Part shown: piece after piece, positions 13,039 through 25,422 of the stretch | Layout: every line of letters begins with the position of its first letter | Numbering within the stretch: the first letter of the stretch is position 1 | Source of the DNA: Nemertoderma westbladi | Lineage: Eukaryota; Animalia; Xenacoelomorpha | NCBI GenBank assembly: GCA_032718475.1 | Contig: JAUCBJ010007128.1 | Span: 1-64,000, forward strand | Length of the DNA stretch: 64,000 bases | Direction: 5' to 3' | Made by a program: the position numbers and the translations under genes | Notes under the pieces: generated by a model | What the model was told of the DNA's origin: nothing | The model's input: only the letters and a program-made list of their open reading frames with translations | Database searches by the model: none

Positions 13039-15084
13039 CTAGATGTCGCTAAGCATCTTCATTGCTAATTCGAATGCTCTTTCATTGCCGACGATGTTGT
13101 CAGCAATGGCTCTAGGTTCTCGGTGGAGCATCTGAAGCAAATAGTTGAATTTCTCGTTGGGAGTAAAGGTGCTGTTGGTCAGCTGTTCGTCGACATAGGT
13201 TTTGAATGTCCTCCAGTGTTTATGGTTGCCCATAAACTTCTGGGGTTGTTGCGTCGGCAGTCCTTGCCTAGCAGCAAACTTACCTATATCTCTAAGAGTT
13301 GCATCGTTCCAGGTTAACAAATGGTTTAGTTCCGCAGGGTTGTTAAGTCTGGTCCTTTCCCGGTGGTTCCAACTTACCTGCTCCGCGTCCGTCCTTCTTT
13401 CCTTATAGTTTCGGGACTTCTGACGTCTCATGTCTTCCTCTTCATCGCTTGATTCAGTGTCAGTCCTTAGCGCTCGCGTTGGTTTGCGCGCCGAGGCCCT
13501 GACCCAGGCATCTTGTATAAACTTTTCCGCCGAGTTTTCGAAATTGGGATTAGAGATAGTCGGAACAGGCGTTCTTACCTGAGGTCTATGTGGTATAGTT
13601 GCCTCCGATATGCGTACTCGTTGACTAGGTTGGACTTTATCTAACTCAGGCCTGCTAGGATTTGAATTACTTCTTACCTGGGCTGCTTCCTTTAACTGTA
13701 GGTTACTAAGCATATCCGTTATAGGTTGGATGTGCGGCGATATAGCTTGCGCTAAACTAGCACTTAACTCATCCCTCGTAATAAATTCCTGGCTAGGGTT
13801 CTGTTGTATAGTCGGCTCTATCTGAGTAATCCGCTGTCTCTCATATGATCCCTCTTCCGGTTTAACACGGAAGTTCTCCGTCGAACTGGGTCGGCGCTCC
13901 GTCCGCGTATTCCAAAACCGCGGGTTCGGTTCACCAAATACTCGTCCCGTCGGAGTTTCTCCTCTAAACTCTTCGTTGTCACGTTCGATATTTAGCGGTG
14001 CAGTGTTCCGATGACGTGGATCCTGCGCAATGGGTGAAGCACTAATACCAACTGGTGTGCGATATGTAGAGAACGGTTTAGCGATCCGTGTACTCGTAAT
14101 AGCTGGACCGGGTATAGGAATTCTGGTCGTCGTCGACTCGCGTATGGCCGGAGTTCTCGCTTCCTGTTCGGCCTTCTGCAGTGCGAACAGTTCTCGCAAC
14201 TCGGTCCCTACACTCGCCCCACATTCTTCGAGCATTCGCATCCCCTTCTCGGCGATTTCATTCGCCTTCCTAGTCCATTCTTTGCTCTCTAAATCTAATC
14301 TCGCACTTTCCAACTGCGCCAGTTTACGTTCTTCTTCTTCCCTCGCTCGTCTCGCTGCGCTCTCTTCTTCCACACGCCTCTTCTCTTCATACAACGCTTG
14401 TCGCTCCTTCTCGATCTCGAGTTCGCGTTCCTTGCGTTCGCATTCAAGCAGAAGTTTGCGTTCCTTCTGTTCGCGTTCAAGTTGAAGTTCGCGTTCCTTG
14501 CGCTCGCATTCAAGTTGGAGTTCGCGTTCCTTGCACTCGCGTTCCGCTTGCTCACGCTTACCTTTCTCTTCCAACTCTCGCAACTTCGCGTCTAACTTAC
14601 GTGTGCGCTCCCGTTCCCGTTCGGCTTCCTTCCGTGCTTCCGATGCACGCAAAACTTCTGCCTGTTGTTCGTCCAGTTGGCGTCTTCTCTCTTCTGCCGA
14701 GTTGTGAGAAACAAGGGATCTAGCACATATAACCTTACCGCGCGCGTGACTAACCTGGGATTCGCCACTGTCTCTAGATGCATCGTCGGGTGGAGTCAAC
14801 GTTCTCTGTTGGATGTTCTCCGTCGTCGGTAGCACCTGGCCCGGTACCACCACTCCACTCTGCATCAGCCAGCCGGTAACTTCCCGTTGATATCTGCGCT
14901 CCTCCTTATCTTGCGTTTCTTCTCGCTCCACTAAGTCTCTCAACTCTGCATCACTCACCCGAGTCGCCTGCGCTTGTGATGCCCATAGCAACCAGTTCTC
15001 CGTCCTAACTCGTCGAAATCGCTCCGATAACGCGCAGTGTTCCAACAAGGCTGCTAAAACCCTGTCGTAAATCCTCGTCGCCAC
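13039..15084 (-). pseudogene. BEL gag segment (coiled coil plus DUF1759-like region)
   Basis: KFMGNHKHWRTF and KFNYL motifs; E/R/K-rich coiled coil; same frame as 9082-13023, separated by one TAG. Confidence 0.8.
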
Positions 15085-15697
15085 GTCGCTCGACTGAGAC
15101 TCTACTGCCTTCTAGGACTGCAAGCTCCTCCGTTTGTTTGAATAATGCTGAGTTGTATCCCTTTCTAATCTCTACTAACCCTTCCCTTCTGATGTTCGCT
15201 GAGTCGGTTAACATCTTCCTTACCTTGTCCGCCGTCCGGGTTATATGTCCGGCATGCGCGCGAAGTTTCTTCTTTATCGCGATGTCAAGCTCTCTGTCAC
15301 TTACCTGACTTACACTTGGTGGACTTGAAGGATTATTTCGGGAACTACGGGTACTCCTTACAGCCGCTGGGACCACGGCACTTACCATACCCACAGGTCT
15401 GGAAACCGGGCTCCGGGCTCTCGCTTCTGCTACACTACCCTCCCTATCACTCACCTCTGGTCGGGTTGCTGTACAATCATTCCTTACAGTAGCGGTAGGG
15501 GATCCTAATACTATTACTTCTACTTGCTCTTCCTCACTAGTTACTGTCTCGTCCTCCTGTTCACTTACGTCAGCGTCGCTCGCTGCGTCGTCATAGTCGG
15601 CATTGTCGTCAACAGTAATATTAACGCTATCGTCAGTCGGCGGTCCAGCCGCTGTCTCGTAGCTGTCCTCTAGTGCCTCTTTGTCTGAGACACTCAT
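15005..15697 (-). pseudogene. BEL gag N-terminal segment (acidic and Ser-rich), frameshifted
   Basis: ATG at 15697; KKKLRAHAGHITR resembles BEL gag N-termini; overlaps the next ORF in another frame. Confidence 0.65.
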
Positions 15698-16840
15698 AGT
15701 CTAAAATAATTTTTGCCTTCCGGCCAAAAATATCTCGCAAAGGTTCGAGATATATATATATAATTTAATCGAAATACGATTAAATTATTTGTCAAAATCC
15801 AATTGTCCAAAATGTCAAAATAAATTTGCAATGCAATATTGTGAATTTAATAGGGTATAGTTATAGCAAATACTAACACAATATTTAAACAAAAATATTA
15901 TTATATAGCTATTATAGCAATTAAATACCGGTATGACACAAAATAATTTCTGAATCTAATACAAAATATTCAGAATGAATTTGCCACCCAAATAATTCTA
16001 ATTTGGCATATATAGCTCTAATCAACGTAATTTTAATTTCAAATATTATATGTATCCACTAGCGCGTGGCTACATCTTCGGGTTGCGACTCTCTCTAACT
16101 CTCTCTCTAACTTGAGCGATTCAAAAAACCATGGTCGGCTAAACCTAACTAACCTAACTAATAAATTGAGTTCAGCTTCGCAGTTAAACAACCGATAATT
16201 TTTTACTGCTTCCACAAACACAATGGTGCCAACAGAACAACTAACCTTGTTTGCTGTGAGATTCCACGTCCGCGTCCAAAGTTTCAGTTCCTTCGCTGAT
16301 TGCAAACCGAACCCGCAGACCCACACGAACCCCAAACTCAGAAGCTCCGTCTTGCCATGTATCTCCAGGTGGTATAAAATAACTAAGCGGTTACCTAACA
16401 TACCGGTACAAAACTCTAGATTTTAAATAATTTTGACCAAAACTGAATTCTCGCAAACCTAGCTAAAATTTTCAAAAAAAAAAAAAAAAAAAACTTACTA
16501 AATTACAGCTTGCCCTAAGGCCTAAGGAACTGCTGTATTCGCAATTAGTAAACGCACTACCGTACATCCACTGTACGCAATACAGTAAGTAAAACAGTAC
16601 ACCAACCTAACAGCCTAATGATACTACTGTACTATTGTACGCGACCAGTGAATACCGTAATCTAAACCAACAGCCTAAGAATACACTCAATGTTCTACTG
16701 TACGCTGTAGGCCTACAGCAGACAATATGTACTCATTACTGTTAAAACAGTAAAGCAATAAAACGGTACACTAACAGTACCTAACAGCCTAAAGAATACA
16801 CTATTTACTGTTGCAAGCAACAGCAAATATTACGCATTAC

Positions 16841-18815
16841 TGTTAAACTACCGCGACCCTTATACTAACAGCAGAACTGTTGAACAGACAAATACCCGTA
16901 TACTTCTCTGCCAACCTAATAAGTTCCCGCCTAACCAATAAGGCACCAAGACTGCTCTACTGTTAAATAAAGGTGATCAGGAGCGTGCTATTACTAAATG
17001 TAGGGCTGCTAAATACAAAACAGCTACTTACCGTTAGATGGCGCTAATCTGCCGTCCGCTAATAATTTTTACTAAATTTACACGGCTCCTGCAAAATCGC
17101 TTGTTCCTTTCTCTGCCGATCGCTCGACAGAGAGCTAACTGTTCGAATCTATGAGCCACGCGGGAATAACCAAAACAACAAACCCGAATCGGCTCCCTAA
17201 GCTTACTTAAGATGAGTGCGAGGGGCTTTGCACTCAGAGTGTATTCTTACGCCTAATTCTACTACTATAATACGATAATGTCTAAGTTCTTTCTAATCGC
17301 GAATACTGGGGGTTCCCCAACGGAATGTGTGAATGCGAGAATATTTAAAATAATCAAATGTGGTACAGTACGCTGCCTTCACGTGTGTGTAAAACCCACT
17401 CTGGGTCTAAAATTGCCTGTAGCTGGCTTTAGGCCAGCAAATTACTAGTGTTTTTGAATACTGAATAATGCGATCTAGCTTATTGCCCGCTAATGCAAAT
17501 AACCGCTCAGCGTGAATAGTTTACGGTACTCTAATTATTACCTTAGCTACTCTCCGCTATGCTGCGTACTAATTCTTAATTTCACTAACTAATTACAGTC
17601 ACAAATATGTAACGGCGTACTAATTACTAAGTATTCCAGAATGCGCAATTCTAATTTATTACGCAATGAGTCACATTAGCAACAGCCTAATATACCGTAT
17701 TACTTTGACCTAATCAATAATTAATTACAGTAATCTAAGAAATAGAAATCAATCAAAGAGAAAGGGGGCGCCTATCTAAGCGTTCGTAATCTTAGGCACA
17801 CTTCAGTGACACACCAATCAGCGTCAGCAATCATAGCTCGCAATTATGCAGTTCACTACTGTGTAGTCCGCAATTGTGCAATTCACTTTCTACACTGATC
17901 ATCAACACTAATACTAACACTGTAATGCGTACAGGCCCCTCCTGGGTACGTCTAGGCTTCCTAACTAACCCAATTCATGCCCCCCTAATGCTAAAATAGA
18001 GACAAAACCTGGATCATCAGCCCCCTAATTACCGTACCAGCGAGTGGTCTACACGCCACAATGCAAGTTGCCCAACCGCAACGGTTTCCACTTGTAATTA
18101 GCAGTAATCGTTGAGATTGATTGAGAAACACAAACAAGAATCAAACAGAAATTGCAACTTAGCGAATCATTGCAAGAAACAAAAAGGGCAGTAATTTACA
18201 CAAAAAAATATAGAAAACTAAGCACGTGATTGAGAAAATCATTAACTGATGTAGCAGAAGGGGATATGTTGTTGTGTTGTACAGACATACCGGCACAGCG
18301 CCAATTTATAGGTGATTTTAGAAGGATGATGCAATCGGTCTCTCATTAATTCGAGAGGGATGATGCAATCGATCTCTCATTGGCTCCCCAATCCGCCCCA
18401 CCATCAGACCAACCTGGAAGCAGTTAGGCCAATAAGGAAGCCGGATTGTGAACCTCAGGGCTTCTAAATCGCAAATTATTACCATATATGGTAATGGATC
18501 ATGTCCCTGGCTACTGAATGGCTAGGACTGCGTTCCTATGCTAGCCCTGTCGAGGCTAATAACAGCAAGCCCATATCCAGGGTCCAACAAGAACTTGCTA
18601 CCCTGGAACTATCTACCTATATCCTAATACAAAATTACATAGGTAGGACTACATACTATACAAAATGGATGAATTCAAAATATATGGGCGTTTTAACTTC
18701 CTTATCTAAATATCACCGCCACTATGCCTTATCTAAATAATTATACTGCACAATGACAAACATATTATACTGTATAATGGCTAATAATGTGGATACAGCG
18801 CCATATACCGTAACA
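16841..18815 (-). repeat. Putative 5' LTR of the BEL element (1975 bp)
   Basis: Matches 5224-7418 except for a 220-bp deletion and about a dozen substitutions seen by eye. Confidence 0.7.
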
Positions 18816-19149
18816 AGTAGTATAACTATATTATTAGTTTTGTTTTGTTTTATTAGTTTTTTGCATCGTGTTAAGGGGTAGGGAAATCCTAGCCTTTATA
18901 GTTTTTCCGGTTTTTCGTAATTACGATCTAATTATTCTCCTCACCTCATTTCGCTGCGAATTTTGATTGGGTTTTTTGACCCGTGCATAATAGTTGAAAA
19001 ACATGTATGATGTAGGTGGAGTAGTATCTCTTTAACTAGTCAATTTTTTATTTGTACTGTAGAGTAATGAAGCAGTTACTGCAGTTAATACAGACATACT
19101 TGTCAGTTCTGTCACTGGCCCTGTGTTACCGGGGGTAACAGACACGTTT

Positions 19150-19360
19150 CGGTATAAGACGTTTTGGCCTAGGAGGTTTCGCCCCAATGAGTGGAATATA
19201 AGATTATTGGTTGTTGCATGTTTTGGACCAAAGATTAACTCCCTTTATTAAGTCAATTATAAATTTAGTCTACGCAATGTATTTTGTATAAGATTATGCA
19301 CATAATTATAATACCCAGTAATTATTTTAAATAGGACTAGGCCGAAACGTCTGTATACCG
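19150..19360. mobile_element. Small MITE-like element
   Basis: TIR pair cggtataagacgttttggcctag / ctaggccgaaacgtctgtataccg; no TSD seen. Confidence 0.5.
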
Positions 19361-20179
19361 TTAACGGATACCCGGTTTAAAACCAATCAACAAATAGTGG
19401 TTCTAGTAATTGTAACGGCTCCTATTGGAAGTATGGCCGTTGTACTGTAATGCCCTCAAGTCGGTGTGGCGAACTGGGTGTTGAGAGATGCAGAGTCCTT
19501 CGATTTTAGAATCCCAGTTACCGAAGGGAGTGCAACTACGTGACGGCTCCCAAAGTAGAGGTAGAAGAGATTTCTTAAGGTGAAGGTTGAAAAAGTTGAT
19601 TTTGAGTGAAAGCGATAACTGAGTTTATTTTTAATAATACAATGAATAATAAAGAAATAGAAGAGGAAACAATTAAATCACTAAATTTTGAAGCTGGGGT
19701 TTGCACAAGGAAAGGGTTGTCGACTTGAAGTGAAGAAAAAGTGGCGAGCAGCTCCTTAAATACTGTACCTTCCCAGGAAGCGTCCTGATTGGCTAGCCAA
19801 GGAGACTGCTGAGTGGCCAGTTAGTTACGTTTAGATCCTAAGAGGGCCTGCGAACCTTCCCACTAGAGGAAGGTTGGACAGAGTTCTGCAAAGACAGCAG
19901 ATTGCGTTTCGATCACAAAAAATGGTACAGAAAGTTAGAAAGTTTGGTCGACAACCTGGCGATTATTTACAGTCGGCATGCCACTAGGGCCTATTTTAAA
20001 CAATTTGAACTGCCCTGGCAGACTACGCTACTACTATGATAAATATGTTCCTTTCCCCTAATGTTTTAAATTAAAGGATTGGCGATTGGCGATGATGTTG
20101 GGAAGGAAAATGTAGAAAATTTTACTATCGATTCAATGAGGGCTTACCACCTACAGGTTCCCTCCCATACGTCCAAATC

Positions 20180-20682
20180 AATGGTTTATGAAGGAAATGG
20201 GTATAATTTCAGGCATTTATCCATGTGGAATAAGAACAATCCCATACTATTTCGTGTTAAAGTCAACATAACAACGAACAAATATCCGGAACGTTATTTC
20301 GTTTTCATAACTTATCGCTGGCGTGGAGAGCTCCCGGATAAAATTGATTATCTCATGAAATCACACGAGAATACGAAGAAACGTAATCAAGTCCCGTAAT
20401 ATCGTAGGCCTACTAATCCCAAAGCACTCAAATTACTCTCGGATTCTTCATTAAAGTATAACAACGCAGTCCAAGCAGTGAACAAAAACATTTATGCAAA
20501 AAACGCAACAAATCCCAAAAGGATAACAACATTGCTGATAAAGATAACGTTTATGAAGTCGCTAATACTTTTATGGCAAGTGAAGGCGCAAACTATAAGT
20601 ATTTCAAATGGGTTTGCAAAGACCCAAACGGAGGAACAGTAATTGTCATGTTCTCAGATTTTTCTGCTAATTGTCTTTTTTA
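20180..20682 (+). pseudogene. Possible Mutator/FLYWCH-type transposase relic
   Basis: MVYEGNGYNF and a later TVIVMFSDF-like segment; broken frames; weak resemblance only. Confidence 0.3.
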
Positions 20683-21019
20683 GTAAAATATGGGTGTACT
20701 GTACACTGTAAAGTAAATAAAAATTAAAAAAACAATTTTGTTGGCGCCCCCAAGCGGCTGGCGTGAGATTTAAAAAATGAAATATGAAAAATAATGATAA
20801 ATTATCGGATAAAATCGAAACTATCGATAAATTAATGGAAAAACTCTGTTTTTGTCTAATTTTTCAGAAAAAAATGGGGAAATATTACGAAATAAAGAAA
20901 AATGGGAAAATTTTATTGAAGCTTATGAAATTAATTACCTTTCATATAAATCACAAATTGCAAAAAACTGCTAAGACATAGCGAACGAGTAGTAAGTATT
21001 TTTCGTGTGAAAAAATAAT

Positions 21020-21248
21020 AACAAAACAATAAACGATGTTGTTACCAATTGAGAGAAAGGAGCAGGTTACAAAGAATACTATTTCTAACCAAAACAATAA
21101 ACGATGTTGTTACCAATTGAGGGAAAGGAGCAGGTTACAGAGGGGGCTTTTTCTAACCAAAACAAAAAACTATGTTGTTACCAATGGAGGGAAGGAGCTG
21201 GTTATAGAGACGGCTTTTTCTAACCAAAACAATAAACGATTTTGTTAA
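21020..21248. repeat. Tandem repeat, ~68-bp unit, ~3.4 copies
   Basis: Unit aaccaaaacaataaacgatgttgttaccaattgag... starts at ~21020, 21087, 21155 and 21222. Confidence 0.85.
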
Positions 21249-22055
21249 CAATATCGAATATAAAAATATATATAATAATATATAAGGACGAATTTATATA
21301 ATTTGGTGCGAAAAGTATGTATTCTGGGAAATAAATATGTATTTAGACGTAGCTTTAATGTTATTGCTTACTGAAATTGGGGGCTATCGTTTTGGGGCGG
21401 TAAAAAAGTATATTTGATGCGAAAACTATGGAATCTGGGAAAGAAATAATTTGTTGTCTTAAATATTATAGGATAATACCAAATAACATCAACGGTCACC
21501 ATTATGTAATGTAAAGCTTACAGCATTTCCGGTACAACATTTCCCCACTGGCGAATCTGGGTTTGCAGCCAATATGTTAATTACATATTTACCTACTTAA
21601 CGTCGTAATCTGGCACTTGATACGATTACGGCCGCAACGATTTTAAACACATCGCACTGATGTAATCTTATGGAGTGATAGGTTATAAGAGTTGAAGTAA
21701 ATAGTCATATTTATTTATCAAACAAACAACTATTAATCATCGGTGTTTGTTACGGCTGAATTTTTACAACATAGCGAAAGCACAAAATGAAAAGAAATAA
21801 GGACATGTACTACTACTGTACTTCAGTATTCGGTATTACGTACAGACTGAGCCGGGCCCGATTCAATAGCATTCATCTGACACACGTCAGTCTTACGTTC
21901 ATGACATCTGACGCATATTAAAGGTCGCACGCGACATACTGACTAACAGGGGGCTTGTTGTATATTATAAAAAATAAACAGGTAAACATTGGACACCGAA
22001 CGCACCGATCGTGCCAGAGCCAGTGCAGTAGATGGTGTCCCCCTAGGGTCTTTAA

Positions 22056-23306
22056 AATACCTGAGTGTTTAAAGTTCATCTCTATCCCATCATAGTAGAC
22101 ATGTACAGAACAACAAGAGTCTACAAGAATTGAAAACAAATAAGTTGGTGCCAGTTCCCAAGAAAGGCAGCCTAACACTCTATGGTTCTTTTCGGGGAAT
22201 CTCATTGATCTCGATTGCTGCAAAGCAATACAATAGAATTATATTAAATCGCATCAGGGATCCCATTGAGAGACTGCTCCGTGGAAATCAGAATGGGTTC
22301 CGTAGAGGTCGTGGGACCATAGAGCCCATTTTGGCACCTAGAAGGATAACTGAAGAGTTGTCAAAAAAGAAAGACAGTTGTTATCTGCCTGTTGTTATCT
22401 TTGTTGACTTCTTCAAGGCCTTTGATTGAGTCCCTCGCACACGTATGTTCAGCATACTTTCACTATATGGGATTCCTGATGAAATTATTGCAGCAATCAG
22501 ATCAGTTTGCGATGGTTCGACAACAATTGTGTCTACTGTTTATGGTGACACAGAACCATTTGATGTGTTATGGGGAGTCCTCCAGAGAGACACACTTGCA
22601 CCATTCTTGTTCATAATTGTGGTTGACTATATTATACGCATGTCCTTAGATCATCATAATTACGATAGGGTGATGGTAACTCCACCTACTGGCTCCAGAA
22701 GTCGAGGAAATCCTGCCAAGTACCTAACTGATCTAGACTTTGATGATGATTTAGGAGTACTCTCAGAATCACCAGAGGGAGCCCAACGGTTCCTCAGCTC
22801 ATGCGAACAGGCTGCTTCTAGTGTTGGTCTTTTTATTAACTCCAAATAAACCAAAATTTTACCAGTTAACTTTGAAAGTCCTCAGCAAGTCTCTGACTGG
22901 ATGAGCATAGGCTCAAAGGATTGTATGCTTGAGCATGTGGATGACTTCTGTTACCTGGGATCATGGATCCGGAAATCAGATGACGACCTTCGAATACGTA
23001 AGGGAAAGGCACAGGAAGCCTGGAATATGCTTTCCAGGATTTGGAAGTCACATAGTCGGATCCATCACAGCCGATTATTTAGAGCAGCAGTAGTTCCAGT
23101 ACTCTTCTATGCGAGTCCATGCTGGGCTCTAACTGCTGATGCTGAGGACACCAAATCTCGGGATGGCACATTCACAAGAATGCTACACCAGGTTCACTGT
23201 GTCAATTACAATGCACACATCTCCAACCAGACACTAGGTGACATTGGAGGTGTCGCATTGGTTCCCTCAAGCTTGACACTAGAACAAAGCCACCTCTGCT
23301 TTGCAG
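22056..23306 (+). mobile_element. RTE-clade LINE fragment (RT), copy 1
   Basis: FRGISLISIAAK, NQNGFRRGR, FVDFFKAFD, GVLQRDTLAPFLF and LDFDDDL motifs, with stops and frameshifts. Confidence 0.85.
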
Positions 23307-23604
23307 TTCTTACCAATAAGGTCGAAACGCGTATGTGGTTTGGAGAGATATGAGATATTAATTTCAAGAAAAATTACGCGATTCCTAAATTTGTACACTA
23401 CCCGGTTAAAAAGTACGCATGTGATGGGATTAGTTCTACAATTGCGCCAATAAATGATAAGTTATTTTCAGTAAAATATACTTATCATTCGAGGTTAAGA
23501 CCCCTAGATCCCTTCCTATAATAAATTTATATAGAACCCCCTGCTGTGAGAGGCCTAACATCTGAAGAAATTGTAACCATCTGCGATTGCCCTTTAGCTC
23601 TTAG

Positions 23605-23763
23605 TCAGCCATGTCAAACCAAGCTGTTGAGCGTCATGTGAAATTAGTGACAGAGGCAGCTTCTTCAGTTTGTGGGTTTTAGACGAGGGATGGAGTCAGA
23701 CAAAGAATAAAATCCCGGAAACTTATGAAGAAGTATGACACAAAAAAACAATTTATGTTTTGA
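23605..23763 (+). pseudogene. C-terminal fragment of a DNA transposase (hATm-like)
   Basis: Translates to QAVERHVKLVTEAASSVCGF*TRDG...IKSRKLMKKYDTKKQF; superfamily assignment uncertain. Confidence 0.5.
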
Positions 23764-23889
23764 TCAATAAATACTGGTTAATCATATATGAGTCCTACTC
23801 TTATTGAAATTCTTAAACCATAAAAATATATTTTGTTGAGTTAATTTTGATTTAATTTGCATATTAACATTTATTTAGAGCTGCTGAAA

Positions 23890-24030
23890 TATATATATAA
23901 TATAAATATATTTCGAGCTCGCAAGGCCCCATTTAGGTAAATCTTGCCAATGTTTCTGGTTTCCCTAAGAATTCCTTTTATAATGTTGTCGAGGTTGTCT
24001 TCGTTATATCGGTAAACCACATTATTGAGG
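23890..24030 (-). pseudogene. Fragment of an IS3EU-like transposase
   Basis: DNLDNIIKGILRETRNIGKIYLNGALRARNI resembles the LD..V..I....P..G...l.G.LR.rgI motif that precedes these integrase cores. Confidence 0.4.
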
Positions 24031-25422
24031 TCCCGGAAGTAGATTGGGTATGTAGAAGACGCCATACAGTGCTTCTGCTTACTTTTAGTAGTTGGGCAAT
24101 CTTTGTATCCCCAAACCGTATAGTACATAGTGAAGCCAACTGTTGCATATCAACCTGGTGCCTGGGGTGGCTTATCGGAGCTATTTAATCCAGTGAGGTA
24201 AGCCATGGAATACTAAATTAGTGTTATTTTTTCGGCCCCGATATTTTTTCAATAAAGTGGTAGTATATGACATAGAAACCCCAGAAATAAAATTTAAGCA
24301 AATTCGACCGGAGCGTTCTCGAGATATAATCCGTCAAAGTTTTCAAATTTGCCAACAAGAAATGCAGTGTTGGGGGCGATTTAAGCTTATTTGCGATATA
24401 TTTCTATGGCAACAAGTAGTACTTCTATTATTCTTGAACTGCGCTGTTGTAATATTGATGCATTGGTTTGTCAACAATATTATTATTACCGCAACTAGCT
24501 ACAGCTGCTCTATTTTAAAACAATATTAACCGATAATTTTTCGATTACAATTAACCAGTACATCGCGGTAACCTTTAGTCTCTACACAGTAGGGCCTACA
24601 TTACTTCACTGGCTACACATAGTGAACTATCTACATCATGCCACTTACTTGTTTAGTTTGCAAGTCCAAAGAACATTTGCACACATGCATGAAATATTCT
24701 ATGACATTTTATCTATTTGGTACTAGTATAGTAGTATGTGTATAGCCATGGCGCAGCAAATTTAAAAAAATTGTATGCCTTTTTATTTGGTTTTATTGCA
24801 TTTTATTATGTTCTAGAACATTGGTGATTGTTCTAGAACCTTAGTAGATATTTTTTTCTGACATCTAGTAGTATTTTTATTACTAGCTAGTATTTTTGAA
24901 AATTAAAAAAAAATAATATTTTTTTTAGTGTTTTTTTAATATTGGTAAACATGCTAGATAGAATCAATGTTTTCACATTTTTTTATAATTTCAAAAAATA
25001 CTAGGTACCTAGTTAAAAACGGTCCCGTATGCCACATGCGTATGCGTATGATCCTTAATCATTGTTACTATGGCTTCAATATTAGTTATAGAACACCATA
25101 TAAAAGTTATTTTAACTATTCTAGAATAAAATAAAAAATAAAATGATCTAGAACATATAGCTAGTTATTTTTTAATTTTAAATTAGCTAGTAATTAAAAA
25201 AAAAATCAGATTTCAACTTTTAACAATTTATCGCCAAATGTTTCAACATTGTTATAGTTTCAAAAAATACTAGCTCGTAAAAAAACACTTGCTACCATAA
25301 AAACAACATATCTACTGTACTTATGTTCTTTAACACTTTCCGATAATAAAAATCGAAAAACTACTTTATGAAAAATTAATTTAAAAAATGGTCACACAAG
25401 CTACATCTATGTTATAAAAATA

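Larger units (their letters stand above)
5224..18914 (-). mobile_element. BEL/Pao LTR retrotransposon, near full length, with disrupted ORF
   Basis: Gag-PR-RT-RNaseH-IN order with BEL-type motifs, bracketed by ~2 kb near-identical direct repeats (5224-7517 and 16841-18914). Confidence 0.93.

Noticed and set aside
13036-13041. MLV-like gag-pol readthrough (TAG GGG)
   Set aside because: The stop lies within the gag domain at a position where Tyr/Phe is expected; a nonsense mutation is simpler.
17141-17158. GTTCGAATC...CCA as a tRNA gene or PBS
   Set aside because: Spacing is too short for a T-arm plus acceptor stem; no cloverleaf.
19411-19971. Solo LTR (TGTAA...TTACA)
   Set aside because: No matching TSD and no second copy in the window.
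21020-21248. CRISPR-like array
   Set aside because: Whole units repeat with no unique spacers; eukaryotic context and no cas genes.
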